From a virus, in the IMG/VR virus record IMGVR_UViG_3300042526_000097, positions 1 through 64,000 of that record: a DNA stretch of 64,000 nucleotides; one strand, written 5' to 3'. Position numbers and translations under genes: made by a program. Within the stretch, counting starts at the first letter, position 1, and each line of letters opens with the position of its first letter. Under the pieces are notes generated by a model. That model was not told where the DNA came from. It saw nothing but the letters and a program-made list of their open reading frames with translations, and did no database searches. Below are positions 57,401 to 63,875 of the stretch, piece after piece.

Positions 57401-58930
57401 AGAAAAGCAGAGATGGCTGGTCTAGTAACTGAGTTAGGTAAAGTGAATGAAGAGATAATCCTTAAACGTGTAGATGCAGACTCAGATCCTAACAACCCTT
57501 TATTTCAAAGAAGGAAGGAACTAGAGGAACGTATCAAGCTTATACAAGGAGAAGCTAGGTATGTTACAGCCTCTAAAGTGGGTGATACTATGATTAACTT
57601 CCAACAGTTAAAGAGTATGTCATACAACCCATTCTCAGCAGTATCTAACCTTACCTTTGGGTATGTTGCTACATACATACATGCAAGGGGATTCAGAGCT
57701 GATAAGGATGGCTTCACTACTGGGGACTATACAAGACAGCAATTGCAACAGGCTTACAATATGATGAAAGGTAACATAGCCAACTCATGGTTAAAGGCCT
57801 TTGGGTATTCTCACTCTGACCTATCTAGAAAGATATCAGCACTCATCACAAGAGCTAATGCTATTGAGGCCTTAATAGATACTAGGTTTGGTGGTTCTAA
57901 TCTTACAGAAAATGCTAGCAATTTAAAGAAGTTCTTAGATCCTACAGCTGCTCAGAAGTCTGGTGACTGGTTAACTAAAGGAGCAGTCATTGTAGCTCGA
58001 GCCCTTAATACACCTGTACAAGTTACAGTTAATGGAGAAGTTAAAACTATCAATTTGTTTGAAGCTTTGAATATAGAAGGAGAATGGGATGCAGACAAGT
58101 ATGGTGAGAACAAAGAGTGGAGTTCTAAGAATCCTTCAGAGCAAGTAGGTTGGAATAAGTATCTCTTTAGAACTAGAAAGGTGATGTTATTAATATTTGG
58201 TAACCAAGATAAGAACATACCTCTAAGTGCTAGAAGTTCTATATGGGGTAGGTTGCTTGGACAGTTCAGGTTATCTTGGATTCCAGAAGGTATCAAGACT
58301 AGATGGGGAGCTAACCAAGGGTATGATGAAATACTAGAAAGAGAGTTAGAGGGTAGATACAGAACTATGCTACGTATGCCTGGCTTTGGTTTACCTTTAA
58401 TACTCAAGCAGATGGCTAGTGTAGTTACAGGTCAAGATGCCTTTGAAGGAACTAAAGTTACTTACACTGAGGGTGGTATAGAAAAGACTAGAGATATCAA
58501 AGACTTTGAAAAGGAGAACATGAGAAGGAATATGGCTGGTATGGCCTACACTGCTCTGTTTGCTTCAATGTACTATCTACTCAAGGCTGCAATACCTGAT
58601 GAAGAAGAACTTAGAAAGTTAAGAAGACAAGGTAAGAACCCTGCTACATCCTCTAGGATAGCTGCTAACATTGCCTATAGAAGCTTTCAGGATCTTATAC
58701 TGTATGCAAGTCCTGATATGTTTGAACAGATTACAGGTAATGTAGTTCCTGCATGGTCAGTAGTTTCAGACTTTAAGAAGGCTCTTGCTGCTTGGCATAG
58801 AATAGCTTTTGATGACAAGTATGAATGGGAAGACTTACTTCTTAAACAGACTAAAGCATTTCCATTTACTAACCTGGCTAACAAGTGGGAATTCTACTCT
58901 TCACATGATATAAGTGCTGCAGTAAGATAA
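42467..58930 (+). CDS. Giant multi-domain virion RNA polymerase (double-psi beta-barrel)
   Basis: 5487 aa; RIPNQG, GSDFDVDK (51917-51940) and AVDNAKD RNAP motifs; also SF1 helicase motifs, an NTase-like GS..DxD and a zincin HETLH. Confidence 0.92.
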   Translation: MSCYTSPITGQPSVLAQLLDTNYGPMKRDRIMSYIYSDQFLKEHGDFRSPITKIPLDSIGKEPSFEWVQSLIINKQDRTTGLNELSQNLLGFLDKLNVSTEFRSELQSVSGYNAASLTDLLYKTVLVRNDYKNPGLVKETAYVAYSFLGKKNKIRTDLINSIENFKNYPELYQKYKAANGRLSDYKIKELIVIDYLADAIQNDFKHPKDSYINREAEYWQLKSDSKIGRALEILLIKFKNFITNLFNVKLSEQELDALVSDLAHDILTKNFRKFGSELSAKDQLTNYEDTVAKDPVAGNIIDKFTDKLKLVLTGSLSARSQGTFYRSTEENLHDLDFTYQGGNDPQVSKFILDVYRKSSLMPYADRPAFLKKKSTELLKRFQNHPVLLGIKQEFPDFKIENAFMNKSDRFTISGSIGEHVIDLFFTLDTDVDSHTPMFQDWEATFIQKIIMGRRKDIKDFANFIPFFTTQGKIAQTKGFRHFTFKPILNNLEELSPEIEEQLPSAEVTFEMLNPQQKQAYNNTINFLSSPEQLRTLSGYAGTGKTTLTKFIVADLKRKGINFKLASPTHRAKEVLQSSTNEPAMTVAKLLGLGPATELEDFNLVDKIFQPARPDAMPSGGIVIIDEASMINDDLFDYLTSLAARKGSKILFIGDDAQLKPVKQRTISKVFSVEGQDKLTEVMRTSNGNPMPSVVLQPIRDNQNSTRDMFPHTTMLSPFGEGIEFTKDVDSFLEKLSVSVKEMVNSGNLMAVRAAAYTNKEVANLNSYIRAKMFGFGAPKFVEGELMMMYENRFFSGGDWVLPNGMDLLVSKVSRIENKKIKNPITNEYIILSGFELDLQGAKEKEFRETVFVPDTVPKEYLIALNELKDRAIKAYSAADRAAAWKDFFSFDEKVFSINPYYLYNDNVLASPDDFINLLRQNNPSLSSKEIEKILNQHKFKDRTFNYGYAFTIHKSQGGTYDEVFVNEDDVDIASSFTNPDWQMINSLKYVGFSRSSKKTTVLSKKTDNTNAVIPETIYEKPTAPPPPPPPPLSNLTEDEIEQQYQELEDELDLSDYPLVSYLKEDYEDDSVSLLENTKYWISELEKFNSLKSQITEALQAGDNETALNLKKSLDSLTNTGEFNYITSWYEPDREQFRKSSDYIQEKVDVVKGDLEYLKERLEDERQNLVNSLTARQTDTELGVYEEFGTYYKFNTSPSGVITGEYKQGKDGEWKPLNNKTAQDKHERFVSPPQAPVQLQQQTLPPPPPPPSVQTTEQIYSQLGDKTKSKEAPNVILPEDLGLKFDGSHKSNMWTVLSPNFKKQYPNGVIAYRGKVDSSAIGNPFSVTNRGEDTVKQFIEWIITGNNFGVETILMGGKNYKLSDLRNEYINIIKKAKGEKILYYKELGRPSHATALDYLINRYNWNQPTAQQTSLPPVSSTPAIANKATTQPSTSVEVIPLNESQRFTRESADTDSEYMYLFTDNAGRTSGSGVIDPNGWYAKKYGADKKYASKTQAVARGLNNVYPITTMVDDKRTQWTDAQFDTYKKIIDDEIATIKEASKNYKGIKFGAEMPFGKGAISNMKDSAPKIWNYLNTKLAEIGIDNTGDMPIPTQQSANPTQPSGNTASPVTIEPLILPDSLTVTKRSEVTQANIDSMKSTLKLAFVMKAAENPTQQFKVPWQNPSANKTVDNYGFNQSDYARIMDEIRMEMGDRFPSNLIFFPAFEFAMNNNPERLMKVYADRIKEFTAGRSALRLNDLEMAKMTSKMEISITTPDGTVVDYFTKRHGSGAQEAVGSLMLTAFLDLYNKANGRVSAPHLIGQILLMAKGHSNIAGPNQSVWTDIVSSFTFKGDDPKLGLLDLLFENLAHLGYRIDYNSKVALKDYFSEKKNDPGFMQSNFDKTLNLEDSKDWERDYNDYLEDTIDLIEVDDMKAKTLRDWQDSAFERSSKDQATARLKLFVANQKLMESFSVGAVKYDPTDTTAIDLTDSIKTVDTMTLAQARQINGKKVMHKQFSPEYLEKTILAKFPRIPQKGLFGFPSIVPFDTLYENTQGVLSSIPGLESNISKAVELLRAEEDPNLTELADRLEKADGRTQREFIKVMNMQYNEFYVVNINRRTNNGNNYSESRVFGAQRYSQDQMIVERWKQSQVLAPIIKIRPNGERVIDVDRARVHAEVIKILSKLDRVDELTDENVIPYAMMLAQEVNKSPELQQFFEGINLVELVNEERVRTRLPKEAQRLQQKSLIAKMFAEHGIDLNSKVLDDLAAYYYKDGRRMDAVSNSLKNTKMRSSWIGQFSETESTGKPNGIFSAFFYAAAGMSNSNDIDSEVTEDLENSVIQNNPLYTESTTTKILAKFARKHVDKLFNAVHTNLEGKQIWDYSLPTSLSRAVLDLTTNHNNYTEKLKASVWGNNHYLKESRLSNLKLGYFEGLKVDNSQTGTIRQRMSDRQQLLSSILLYQNQGRDSAFMVSLTHSDKTTTPVFSGIPKVNVVSDEGGISKDVIEAFYTIFEGEWQRILQVQKLKKDQGTTGSKSMDTSGQHFLLLPSLNFESLSDAEKLVLFDEDGNVKSFLDEAGVEFIKSKIGNYLNVIFDDAKAYWESNGITNELLDSTYLTKAYKTLQGTAAQKAEMALDTAIADYVFNSTLWNMSSAIMLMGDPANAAWKGNVEKTMAEYTKRLAKDIAPRQQLMFERQSYSQLTVADVEMKYEYATKFGSNVQKSVATDAQELTTVREHLDVMRAAGKVSDDMYKTLIAKVNKFDTKEEEDFTPEELTAMLEDGSGPMQPNKPIYAGVRFKNGLVLYDYIKSSSVPLFPQFTKNSELDKVRLLMEGKVPGLDRFSRLVFESGSKNGNSNDPLKLFSADGSFLEPTPEKLMSNTRMLDRANFGIQQEVPFDMNKDEVNVITQMDKLIVEGILGMGNFTIGNQLGVSGSQVRAMKEDTRIKAARIKLKKLYEKLGVADNTKTIPASKVIKMLIEAARESEFSPNDIALLEDTLKITNDDNAVEVSTYPLFFHSAVERFEKLILAKVKSITEFKMPGKSYVQVSSIGLIRQDNLSDKARLGVITVGDFDMSKPLRHMQIDETTGEVIPAQVIMPFNFMIDGKKADIRDYIVDGKIDLDRIPRELLQLVGARIPNQGHNSMMAIEIVGFTPDWMGDAIIVPSAITGQMGSDFDVDKLFTYQRPYMHNSATGKFETYQETGTNIGSSPEEFDELENLANKRMEALGYKKNDDGSFPRREVRRTVETIAKERYGDEVPTHPIERGEKTLEELQQDYFNIHWGVLTHPEMYTKVMKALDKGDLGFDKGAANNLFERKSEGPNMFFSPISQLKTFQSGKDAKDLVGMTSLSSTFDSNLQNRSLRLGTYVKDTKSGEVSEVEDSVLLDGIDLTTISGEALSQGYESKFNPDGTPDFSTWYSKHDNITIDQSGAVDNAKDRRLDNLNITMATYPAFDAMNKLHGETKDGNRSVSKLFQCALSNQDILVEYTREYRKGNDSLSEEEEYSVDLRSTIVKSLKEKYKKLYKELTGKDATWDDTNAVNLDMKTLTKAFKESQKGEALSPEYYLTQLKVLSTFDYLSSIGERLRELQKTLNQDTNGAGPNLLYVLQQLDNFDNLYKQNSTKLFLNEDSLISGQMKELFDMTVPVAKDLLSSVFPVEAIKNVVGTVASYQGKSMSQLSLKTQKDIVRQMRSFTVSSSPALAVDTTTERARLLYGTDTVDSLAKRVERAKMLNPDNTFLKRLDTKINTVGRGPDFVSTIIQRSGRMTDNAVIQDFARLLQSNDQFLRELGEDLVNYALTLTPQASSTSIVSKIPAGVILGTDIASQLRFEDTVLKAMGNMPKGYIDQLHQHSPSLATKVSKKIIKKGLSQYEVDGREYPEVLALQVKHLTAIEKIQLRTFKPTPIEEKFAPYLRFYSKEEGKTILYKLVSEGNFLTYQRIDTLGKKGVVEYNSSVQGPVRSLFPENRAAFDYKSEEVLRSLEVATEDLINKTSDPNNAYSRWGITDGGQDVLTRGLEQLSADSSVPTYLRTLSQALAETAERTSDLEARMSMDYALNPLTVKTTTSGGRGSYNAGSNTLSLRLNADVKKSAVVLLHETLHQRSSALLHALGWVSRERLKIQNSGMSEETFEKLWQEYQTKSLEFAKKNPEVYEKVKELDRLRLQAFEQLKAQLISQGIDMDAKMQDIFRDKIDGSKEDKLLYSLSSMSEFIAHNLTDSDMMEFLNTVESTTESSFIDRLIDSFLNFFSEMINALGINYNDKSILKECLALTYDITGLNNTERLQGINENFAPQSVFADTESMANHLQNTIENVYNQNVVRTDNHLGHLLNIEEKLPSTPFTGGTEFFNETINKLSRQLQQLDNTMARPVVTDEDRKRRNQALLIYNEAKEDYDKLSTSKDEMQMMDTATRQLEWVKSVVSKPSIHLQEVTIAWSILDTWGSMSDIYTTNYIPGDVVKETLQNVEGLATILSKQMLKQSMFSVITAGERQTNIKLTPEDLGLNLKELGWLEKEVIALERDMNKASQMLTTFAQYQVQNAQSQFRDLTNTLKEFKKLVDPSDYSKFIQENEEGSVFGLVQELHPNWFKKTAGARYQLKSWLEGMFGLDMKDPLQRARRLDGAKAAYNAFWKDMLATGEVVRIDKLLDLATGDLRTDPEALAEIARLKAASRENLVDDIIAKSQADYKKYLGLKAAKEEEIDNSEKTADFNLTPAEEIAYMAMSPADQLTFKLSTILRLTVAMKEQKKREWEYFNSPVNFLNTMPQASVSIDENLYLQNGRFKPWFVPKNIPENFDKKYDIINNNANLKKGYDILKNLSEQFRSYLPPTIAENLHENFLPIISPEMMAEASGTLSRLKQTGVGRSMLNSISSSRTETMKRDEGGIPISYVSEAPRVIDSRGKRTKKIDMSKVSTDLPRMFEMFGEMAIHYNAMYPVGEIMDVAKRLVMEENKNRAARGDKGLPNLVNLMKFYQDAVVYRKSKQLEGVDTTPVYSLNPMKHYARKAEMAGLVTELGKVNEEIILKRVDADSDPNNPLFQRRKELEERIKLIQGEARYVTASKVGDTMINFQQLKSMSYNPFSAVSNLTFGYVATYIHARGFRADKDGFTTGDYTRQQLQQAYNMMKGNIANSWLKAFGYSHSDLSRKISALITRANAIEALIDTRFGGSNLTENASNLKKFLDPTAAQKSGDWLTKGAVIVARALNTPVQVTVNGEVKTINLFEALNIEGEWDADKYGENKEWSSKNPSEQVGWNKYLFRTRKVMLLIFGNQDKNIPLSARSSIWGRLLGQFRLSWIPEGIKTRWGANQGYDEILERELEGRYRTMLRMPGFGLPLILKQMASVVTGQDAFEGTKVTYTEGGIEKTRDIKDFEKENMRRNMAGMAYTALFASMYYLLKAAIPDEEELRKLRRQGKNPATSSRIAANIAYRSFQDLILYASPDMFEQITGNVVPAWSVVSDFKKALAAWHRIAFDDKYEWEDLLLKQTKAFPFTNLANKWEFYSSHDISAAVR

Positions 58931-58934
58931 CACT

Positions 58935-58985
58935 ATAGTAAAAGCTGGTACTACAATTGAGAGTACCAGTTTTATACTATCTTTG
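58935..58985 (+). promoter_or_regulatory. Hairpin (probable terminator) overlapping a TATCTTTG promoter box
   Basis: AAAGCTGGTACT/AGTACCAGTTTT stem with outer ATAGTA/TACTAT; box at 58978-58985, ATG at 58993. Confidence 0.65.
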
Positions 58986-58992
58986 TACCACT

Positions 58993-59787
58993 ATGTTTAC
59001 ACCTAAGATCAGCATATCAGTCCCTAATACTTCTACTTCTGTAACTATTACAGACATTACAGGCACATACCCTACTGACAGCACCGGGTATGGACAGGGG
59101 TCTGGTTCCCCCGCTAGTAATGCTGTTTGGAATAAGTTAGTCTATGCTCTGTTCCTTGGAGATTCTCCTACCAAACTTAACTTTTTACCTTACACTACTA
59201 ATATAGATGTATCTGCTTCTTTAGTAGGTGACTTTAAAGATGGTATTTGGTTATTCACTCAATACTTTTGTGAAGAAGTTGAAAACTTAACCTATACACT
59301 TAACACTGCTAAAACTGTAATGACTAAGGGAGATGGTGATGTGTGGGATAGTTCTTCTACAGGTAGTATCTTCTCAGGAGTTTATGGTCTTATCTACAAT
59401 GGGTCTTCAACAGAACCTAGTGTCATAGATAATATAAGTGTAATCAACTCATTGACTAATCCTTCTATTACACTATCTTCTGCACTTACAGGAGCTTCTG
59501 CTAACTCTAATGTATGGAGAGTATATAGAGTACAGAAGTATGTACTGATAATGAATGAGGCAGAATCTAAGTTGATAGCAGATATTGGAGATATGTCCTT
59601 GAATGCTCTACACTGTGGAGTTGGATGTGATGCTGAGAAAGCTTCTAAGTTGTGGAATAGAATGTTATTAAAATACAGTGCTCAGATAAACATGTCTTGT
59701 GGTAACTACATTAAGGCACATAATGCTGCTGTACTTTTTGCTCAAACTTGTAGTGACCCTAACCCTAACTGTACATCCTGTGAGTAA
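58993..59787 (+). CDS. Putative virion protein with Cys-rich C-terminus
   Basis: Beta-rich N-terminal part (ITDITGTY) and a helical, Cys-rich end. Confidence 0.65.
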   Translation: MFTPKISISVPNTSTSVTITDITGTYPTDSTGYGQGSGSPASNAVWNKLVYALFLGDSPTKLNFLPYTTNIDVSASLVGDFKDGIWLFTQYFCEEVENLTYTLNTAKTVMTKGDGDVWDSSSTGSIFSGVYGLIYNGSSTEPSVIDNISVINSLTNPSITLSSALTGASANSNVWRVYRVQKYVLIMNEAESKLIADIGDMSLNALHCGVGCDAEKASKLWNRMLLKYSAQINMSCGNYIKAHNAAVLFAQTCSDPNPNCTSCE

Positions 59788-60094
59788 CTTATACAAAATA
59801 TCAGATTTTACAGGCTTTATCACTAATGAGGAGGTCTGTAAAGCTTTATCAGGAGCAGAAGCTAAGATGGCTGATGCAGCTTTAAACATGGGATACAATG
59901 AGTTGTATCAGTTGGCACACAACAAGTGCAGTCCTAGTGACAAGAAAGCTGTGTACTGCTTATTCTTATACATCTATGCTTTAAGTTCTTTCCCTACTAA
60001 TGGGGAGTCTGAATATACCTTTTTGACTGAAGACCAACTATCAGGTCTATTAATTAATGTAGAACAAATATCTAAATCCTGCTGCTGTGAGTAA
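59780..60094 (+). CDS. Small helical protein ending in CCCE
   Basis: GTG at 59780 overlaps the upstream stop, with the same junction as the next gene. Confidence 0.6.
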   Translation: MSNLYKISDFTGFITNEEVCKALSGAEAKMADAALNMGYNELYQLAHNKCSPSDKKAVYCLFLYIYALSSFPTNGESEYTFLTEDQLSGLLINVEQISKSCCCE

Positions 60095-61424
60095 CTGTAC
60101 AACTTGTGGAGGTTTCCTCCGAGACCCATTTGATTTATCTACTACTACCTCTAGTGGTTGTCAGTGCAATACTGGAGGATTAGTAACAGAAAGCTCAGCT
60201 TTACCTACAGATACTTGCTGTGTTAGCTCTGTAAATGGACAAGTAGGTGTGGTTACTTTGACTACAGCTAATGTAACTGCAGCTACAGGTTATAGTTATT
60301 ACAATGATACTTTAGTTGCAGCTTTTATAGATGCTACTACTCCAATAGTTTTTAATACAAGTACAGGAACTATTTCTCATGCTAACAGTGGTGCAACTGC
60401 TGGAACGTATGGTGGAAGTACTACTTACCCTGTCATTACAGTTAATGCTACAGGACATGTTACATCAGTTTCAAATCAATCTTTTTCAGCAGTAAGTATA
60501 GGTGCAGACCTAACTGCTATAGAAGCTTTAACAGGTACAGGGTATCTGATTAGAATAGGTCCAGACACTTGGGCTTTAAGATCTATTTCAGGGGCATCAG
60601 GCCGTGTTGTATTTACATACCCGGATGGAGTAACAGGTTCTACTGTAATAGATTTAGCTGCTAGTGGAGTAGTTGCAGGTACTTATGGCAGTTCTATTTC
60701 ATACCCTGTAATTAGTGTAGATACTTATGGTAGAGTTATTACTGCTTCAAGCTTAGTAATACCAACACCTACTCTTCCCGCACACACTCATACCCTAGGT
60801 GAATTATCTAATGTTAATGATGCAGTAGATACTACGGCAGCTGTTAATGATGTTTTATATTGGACAGGTACTCAATGGTCTTACAAGAGTATTGCTGCAG
60901 GTACAGTACTGTATGATAGTGTTACAATAACTCCTAATGGTTCTTGGACAGTATGTACAGGAGATGGAGATGTTGATACTAGTTTAATGGACCAACCTAT
61001 TAACCTTGTTAGGAAATTAGATGACCCTAAATTTGACAATGTAACTTACATTCATTATGCAGTTTATATTACAAAAGCTTCTTTTGCTGCACTTGCCACA
61101 TTAACCACTGTAGGAACTAGAAAATATTCAAATGATTTAGCTATAGGGACATTGCCTGTAAACTATAGACCTATTCATACAGTAAGTTTTCCTGGTACAG
61201 CAGTACTTTGGGGAGCTTCTTATTGGAGTACTGGTCATACTACACAGTTTGCGAATACGCAAGTTTTAGATAGCATCTCTATTGTTATTAAACCTAATGG
61301 AACAATATCAATGAATTTAGCTTATGCAGATGCAACAGTTTTATGGGCCACATTAGCAAGTGTTGATTATTTAATAGTACCTGTAAGTTGTTCATTCCCT
61401 TCTAAAAAGTTTGTAACATCATAA
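60087..61424 (+). CDS. Fibre protein (head or tail fibre)
   Basis: Cys-rich N-terminus, VSSVNGQVG, two AGTYG..YPVI.V...G repeats and an IGTLPVNYRP C-terminal fibre module. Confidence 0.75.
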   Translation: MSNCTTCGGFLRDPFDLSTTTSSGCQCNTGGLVTESSALPTDTCCVSSVNGQVGVVTLTTANVTAATGYSYYNDTLVAAFIDATTPIVFNTSTGTISHANSGATAGTYGGSTTYPVITVNATGHVTSVSNQSFSAVSIGADLTAIEALTGTGYLIRIGPDTWALRSISGASGRVVFTYPDGVTGSTVIDLAASGVVAGTYGSSISYPVISVDTYGRVITASSLVIPTPTLPAHTHTLGELSNVNDAVDTTAAVNDVLYWTGTQWSYKSIAAGTVLYDSVTITPNGSWTVCTGDGDVDTSLMDQPINLVRKLDDPKFDNVTYIHYAVYITKASFAALATLTTVGTRKYSNDLAIGTLPVNYRPIHTVSFPGTAVLWGASYWSTGHTTQFANTQVLDSISIVIKPNGTISMNLAYADATVLWATLASVDYLIVPVSCSFPSKKFVTS

Positions 61425-61425
61425 T

Positions 61426-61707
61426 ATGAGTTCATTAAGAAACATAGCAGAAGGATGGTATAACTTCATAAATGCAACATCTTATACAAAAAGATTAATG
61501 CAGTCTCGTCTAGAGATCTGTGACACCTGCCCTAGCAAGGAGCAGTTAAGTAGTATTGGAGAAAAGATAGTTACAACTATTAATAAGGAAGGTAACCTTT
61601 TCAAATGTAAAGAATGTGGTTGTCCATTGGCAGCAAAGACAGCTAACTTCAAAGAAAAATGCCCATTAGGTAAATGGGATATATCAGGAACCGAATCATA
61701 CTACTAA
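61426..61707 (+). CDS. Cys-rich putative Zn-binding protein
   Basis: RLEICxxC...CxxCGC...CPLGKW pattern. Confidence 0.7.
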   Translation: MSSLRNIAEGWYNFINATSYTKRLMQSRLEICDTCPSKEQLSSIGEKIVTTINKEGNLFKCKECGCPLAAKTANFKEKCPLGKWDISGTESYY

Positions 61708-61708
61708 C

Positions 61709-62209
61709 ATGAACACACTATCAATCTTCAAATACCCACTTCTACTTGTAACAGGAACATCCTTTGCAACATCTTTTGCCTGGTTATCAGTCAAGTATCT
61801 ACCCTCTTTGATGATATTCTTTTGGCTAGTCCTAGCTGTACTAGGAGACCTATTGACAGGACTTCTTAAAGCATGGGCCAAAGGTCAGGTCACAAGTTCA
61901 ACCGGCCTTAGAAGAACTGCTACTAAGATAGGTTCATACTGTGGAGCTATTATAGTAGTCATTATACTGATCAACATGCTAGGTATAGTTGACACTACCA
62001 ACAGTTATAATCTTAAGATTTTAATAGATGGCCTTATAGGTTTTATGGTATTCATTGAACTTTATTCTATTTGTGAAAATATATCAGAAGCATATCCAAA
62101 TAGTCCCTTAACTTTGTGGTTGATAGAACCTATAATGTTAAAACTAAAAGGTAAATTTTTTAAACCTCCAACACCCCTAGATGATGCAACTACTCCGTCA
62201 AAGCTTTAA
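61709..62209 (+). CDS. Holin (phage holin 4-like)
   Basis: Several TM helices; DLLTG..KA....SS.GL..K and E..SI.EN motifs; next to the lysin. Confidence 0.85.
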   Translation: MNTLSIFKYPLLLVTGTSFATSFAWLSVKYLPSLMIFFWLVLAVLGDLLTGLLKAWAKGQVTSSTGLRRTATKIGSYCGAIIVVIILINMLGIVDTTNSYNLKILIDGLIGFMVFIELYSICENISEAYPNSPLTLWLIEPIMLKLKGKFFKPPTPLDDATTPSKL

Positions 62210-62714
62210 TGTCTTTACTTTCTTTGTGATATTGTCATTGGCAGTATCCTCTTGCTACTCTTCTAAAGAGAAAGTACAAAAACTATTTGATAAATACCCT
62301 GTACAAACTGAGAGTGAGTGTGTATCTAGATACCCAGTCAATACTGAGTCATCTATAATACATGAGTTCATTCCAGGAGACACTGTCTACATTCCTAGTA
62401 ATGTCATAGACTGTGATTCAGTCATTAAGTCTACTAAGGGTATTACAGATACAGTTTACTTAAAGAAGTTAGTGCATGTCCCATGTCCTCCTTCAAGAAT
62501 TGTACATGATACTATGCATATCTCTGAGAAGAGTGTAGTAGAAGATACTAGGAAGATTGACCTACTCAAAGGACAGATTTCTACATACCAAACAAAGGTA
62601 GATGAAATGTCAAAGAAGTTAGACAAAGTCAAAGCTACTAGAAATAAATTTATAGGAGGCTTTCTAGCCTTAGGTATTGGCCTTCTCATTTTAATTTACA
62701 TAAGATTCAACTAG
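62181..62714 (+). CDS. Putative unimolecular spanin
   Basis: N-terminal lipoprotein signal (LAVSSC) plus a C-terminal TM helix; located between holin and endolysin. Confidence 0.65.
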   Translation: MMQLLRQSFNVFTFFVILSLAVSSCYSSKEKVQKLFDKYPVQTESECVSRYPVNTESSIIHEFIPGDTVYIPSNVIDCDSVIKSTKGITDTVYLKKLVHVPCPPSRIVHDTMHISEKSVVEDTRKIDLLKGQISTYQTKVDEMSKKLDKVKATRNKFIGGFLALGIGLLILIYIRFN

Positions 62715-62720
62715 CATTCC

Positions 62721-63260
62721 GTGATATATAGGTACAACAAGGCAACCTTAGACCTTATAAAAAGTTTCGAAAGTTTACATGATGGTGACCTTAAGACTAT
62801 TGGTCTACAACCTAAGATGGATCCAATAGGTATATGGACTGAAGGTTACGGCCGGGCTATGATAGACCCAAGGACCAAAGGACATCTTAGAGGTGTAAGT
62901 AATAAAGACTTAGCCTACAAGTTAGCTAGTATCAAGACAGAAGAAGAGGCAATTAAAGCACTGAATGATGACCTAACTAGACTAGCTTATAAACCAATAC
63001 TAGTTATACTAGATGGAGATAGATGGGTAAGTCTGACAGACAATCAACAAGGGGCCCTTTCTTCTTTTGTATACAATTGTGGAGTAGGTAGACCTCAATA
63101 CAAGATCTTCAATAACATAATAAAGTGGTTGGAAAAAGAGATGAGTAATGAAGCATTAGCTTCTTACTGGAACAGCTCTGTAGTTAAAGCTAATGGTAAA
63201 GAGTTAGCAGGTTTAGTACGTAGAAGAAGAGCAGAGTCTAACCTCTTCTTTCAAGCCTAA
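62721..63260 (+). CDS. Endolysin, GH24 lysozyme
   Basis: IKSFE, D..G.WT.GYG, ALSSFVYNCG and GLVRRR.AE motifs. Confidence 0.9.
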   Translation: MIYRYNKATLDLIKSFESLHDGDLKTIGLQPKMDPIGIWTEGYGRAMIDPRTKGHLRGVSNKDLAYKLASIKTEEEAIKALNDDLTRLAYKPILVILDGDRWVSLTDNQQGALSSFVYNCGVGRPQYKIFNNIIKWLEKEMSNEALASYWNSSVVKANGKELAGLVRRRRAESNLFFQA

Positions 63261-63268
63261 AGGTGATA

Positions 63269-63305
63269 GAAAAAAAACCCCATAGCCAAAGGCTACAGGG
63301 TTTCT
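63269..63305. terminator. Bidirectional terminator between convergent blocks
   Basis: AAACCC-CA-TAGCC-AAA-GGCTA-CA-GGGTTT with an A-run on the left. Confidence 0.6.
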
Positions 63306-63850
63306 GTGTAATCAACTTGTTTCTTAAAGAACATATAGTCTTCGGGAGCTTCTAACAGTTCAGTTGTTGGATCAGTGTCAAGAATAGAAAGTTCTCCTTC
63401 ATTATAAAGGTGTCTTTTCCACTCTTCAATTAGAACAGGACTTCTAGATAAGGCAATTAAACGAAAGTCACTAAACTGTAACCCATTTCGTTCTTCTTGA
63501 TACTCTAGTCCAGAATTAAGTCGTATGAAGTGCTTTGCACTATCAGACATTAAACTGTACTTTCCGTCCATAAAGTGCCTTACATCTTCTACCCATAAAT
63601 CTGGAAAGTAGAATTCTAGATACTCTTCTTTGTCAGTAGTCATAACTAGTACACTCCCTTGTCTTACACCCTCAGGAACATACTTGGCATTATAAACTCT
63701 AACATAAATTGACTCACCATCCTCTGACAAGAAACTGTTTATGAAGTTACTCTCCCCAAAGCTGTGCTCTGAGAGTCCTAGCAATGGTAGTAGAAAATAA
63801 GTACAGAGATTTACTTCTGTCATTGCTTTTATCATCTTTTGTAATTCCAT
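63293..63850 (-). CDS. Hypothetical protein
   Basis: 185 aa from ATG 63850; TYFLLPLL and F..GKYS motifs; preceded by a TACCTTTG box. Confidence 0.75.
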   Translation of the reverse strand: MELQKMIKAMTEVNLCTYFLLPLLGLSEHSFGESNFINSFLSEDGESIYVRVYNAKYVPEGVRQGSVLVMTTDKEEYLEFYFPDLWVEDVRHFMDGKYSLMSDSAKHFIRLNSGLEYQEERNGLQFSDFRLIALSRSPVLIEEWKRHLYNEGELSILDTDPTTELLEAPEDYMFFKKQVDYTETL

Positions 63851-63867
63851 AATTGTCTTATTTAGGA

Positions 63868-63875
63868 CAAAGGTA
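63868..63875 (-). promoter_or_regulatory. TAnnTTTG box on the minus strand
   Basis: TACCTTTG 17 nt upstream of ATG 63850. Confidence 0.6.

Noticed and set aside
5781-62689. Numerous short minus-strand and nested ORFs within the virion block
   Set aside because: Shadow frames of long plus-strand genes with no leader signals or recognisable motifs.
4245-63260. Stop-codon reassignment (TAG or TGA) as in some crAss-like lineages
   Set aside because: Genes up to 16 kb are open in the standard code and TAG ends genes at sensible boundaries (4697, 13456, 20253, 62714).
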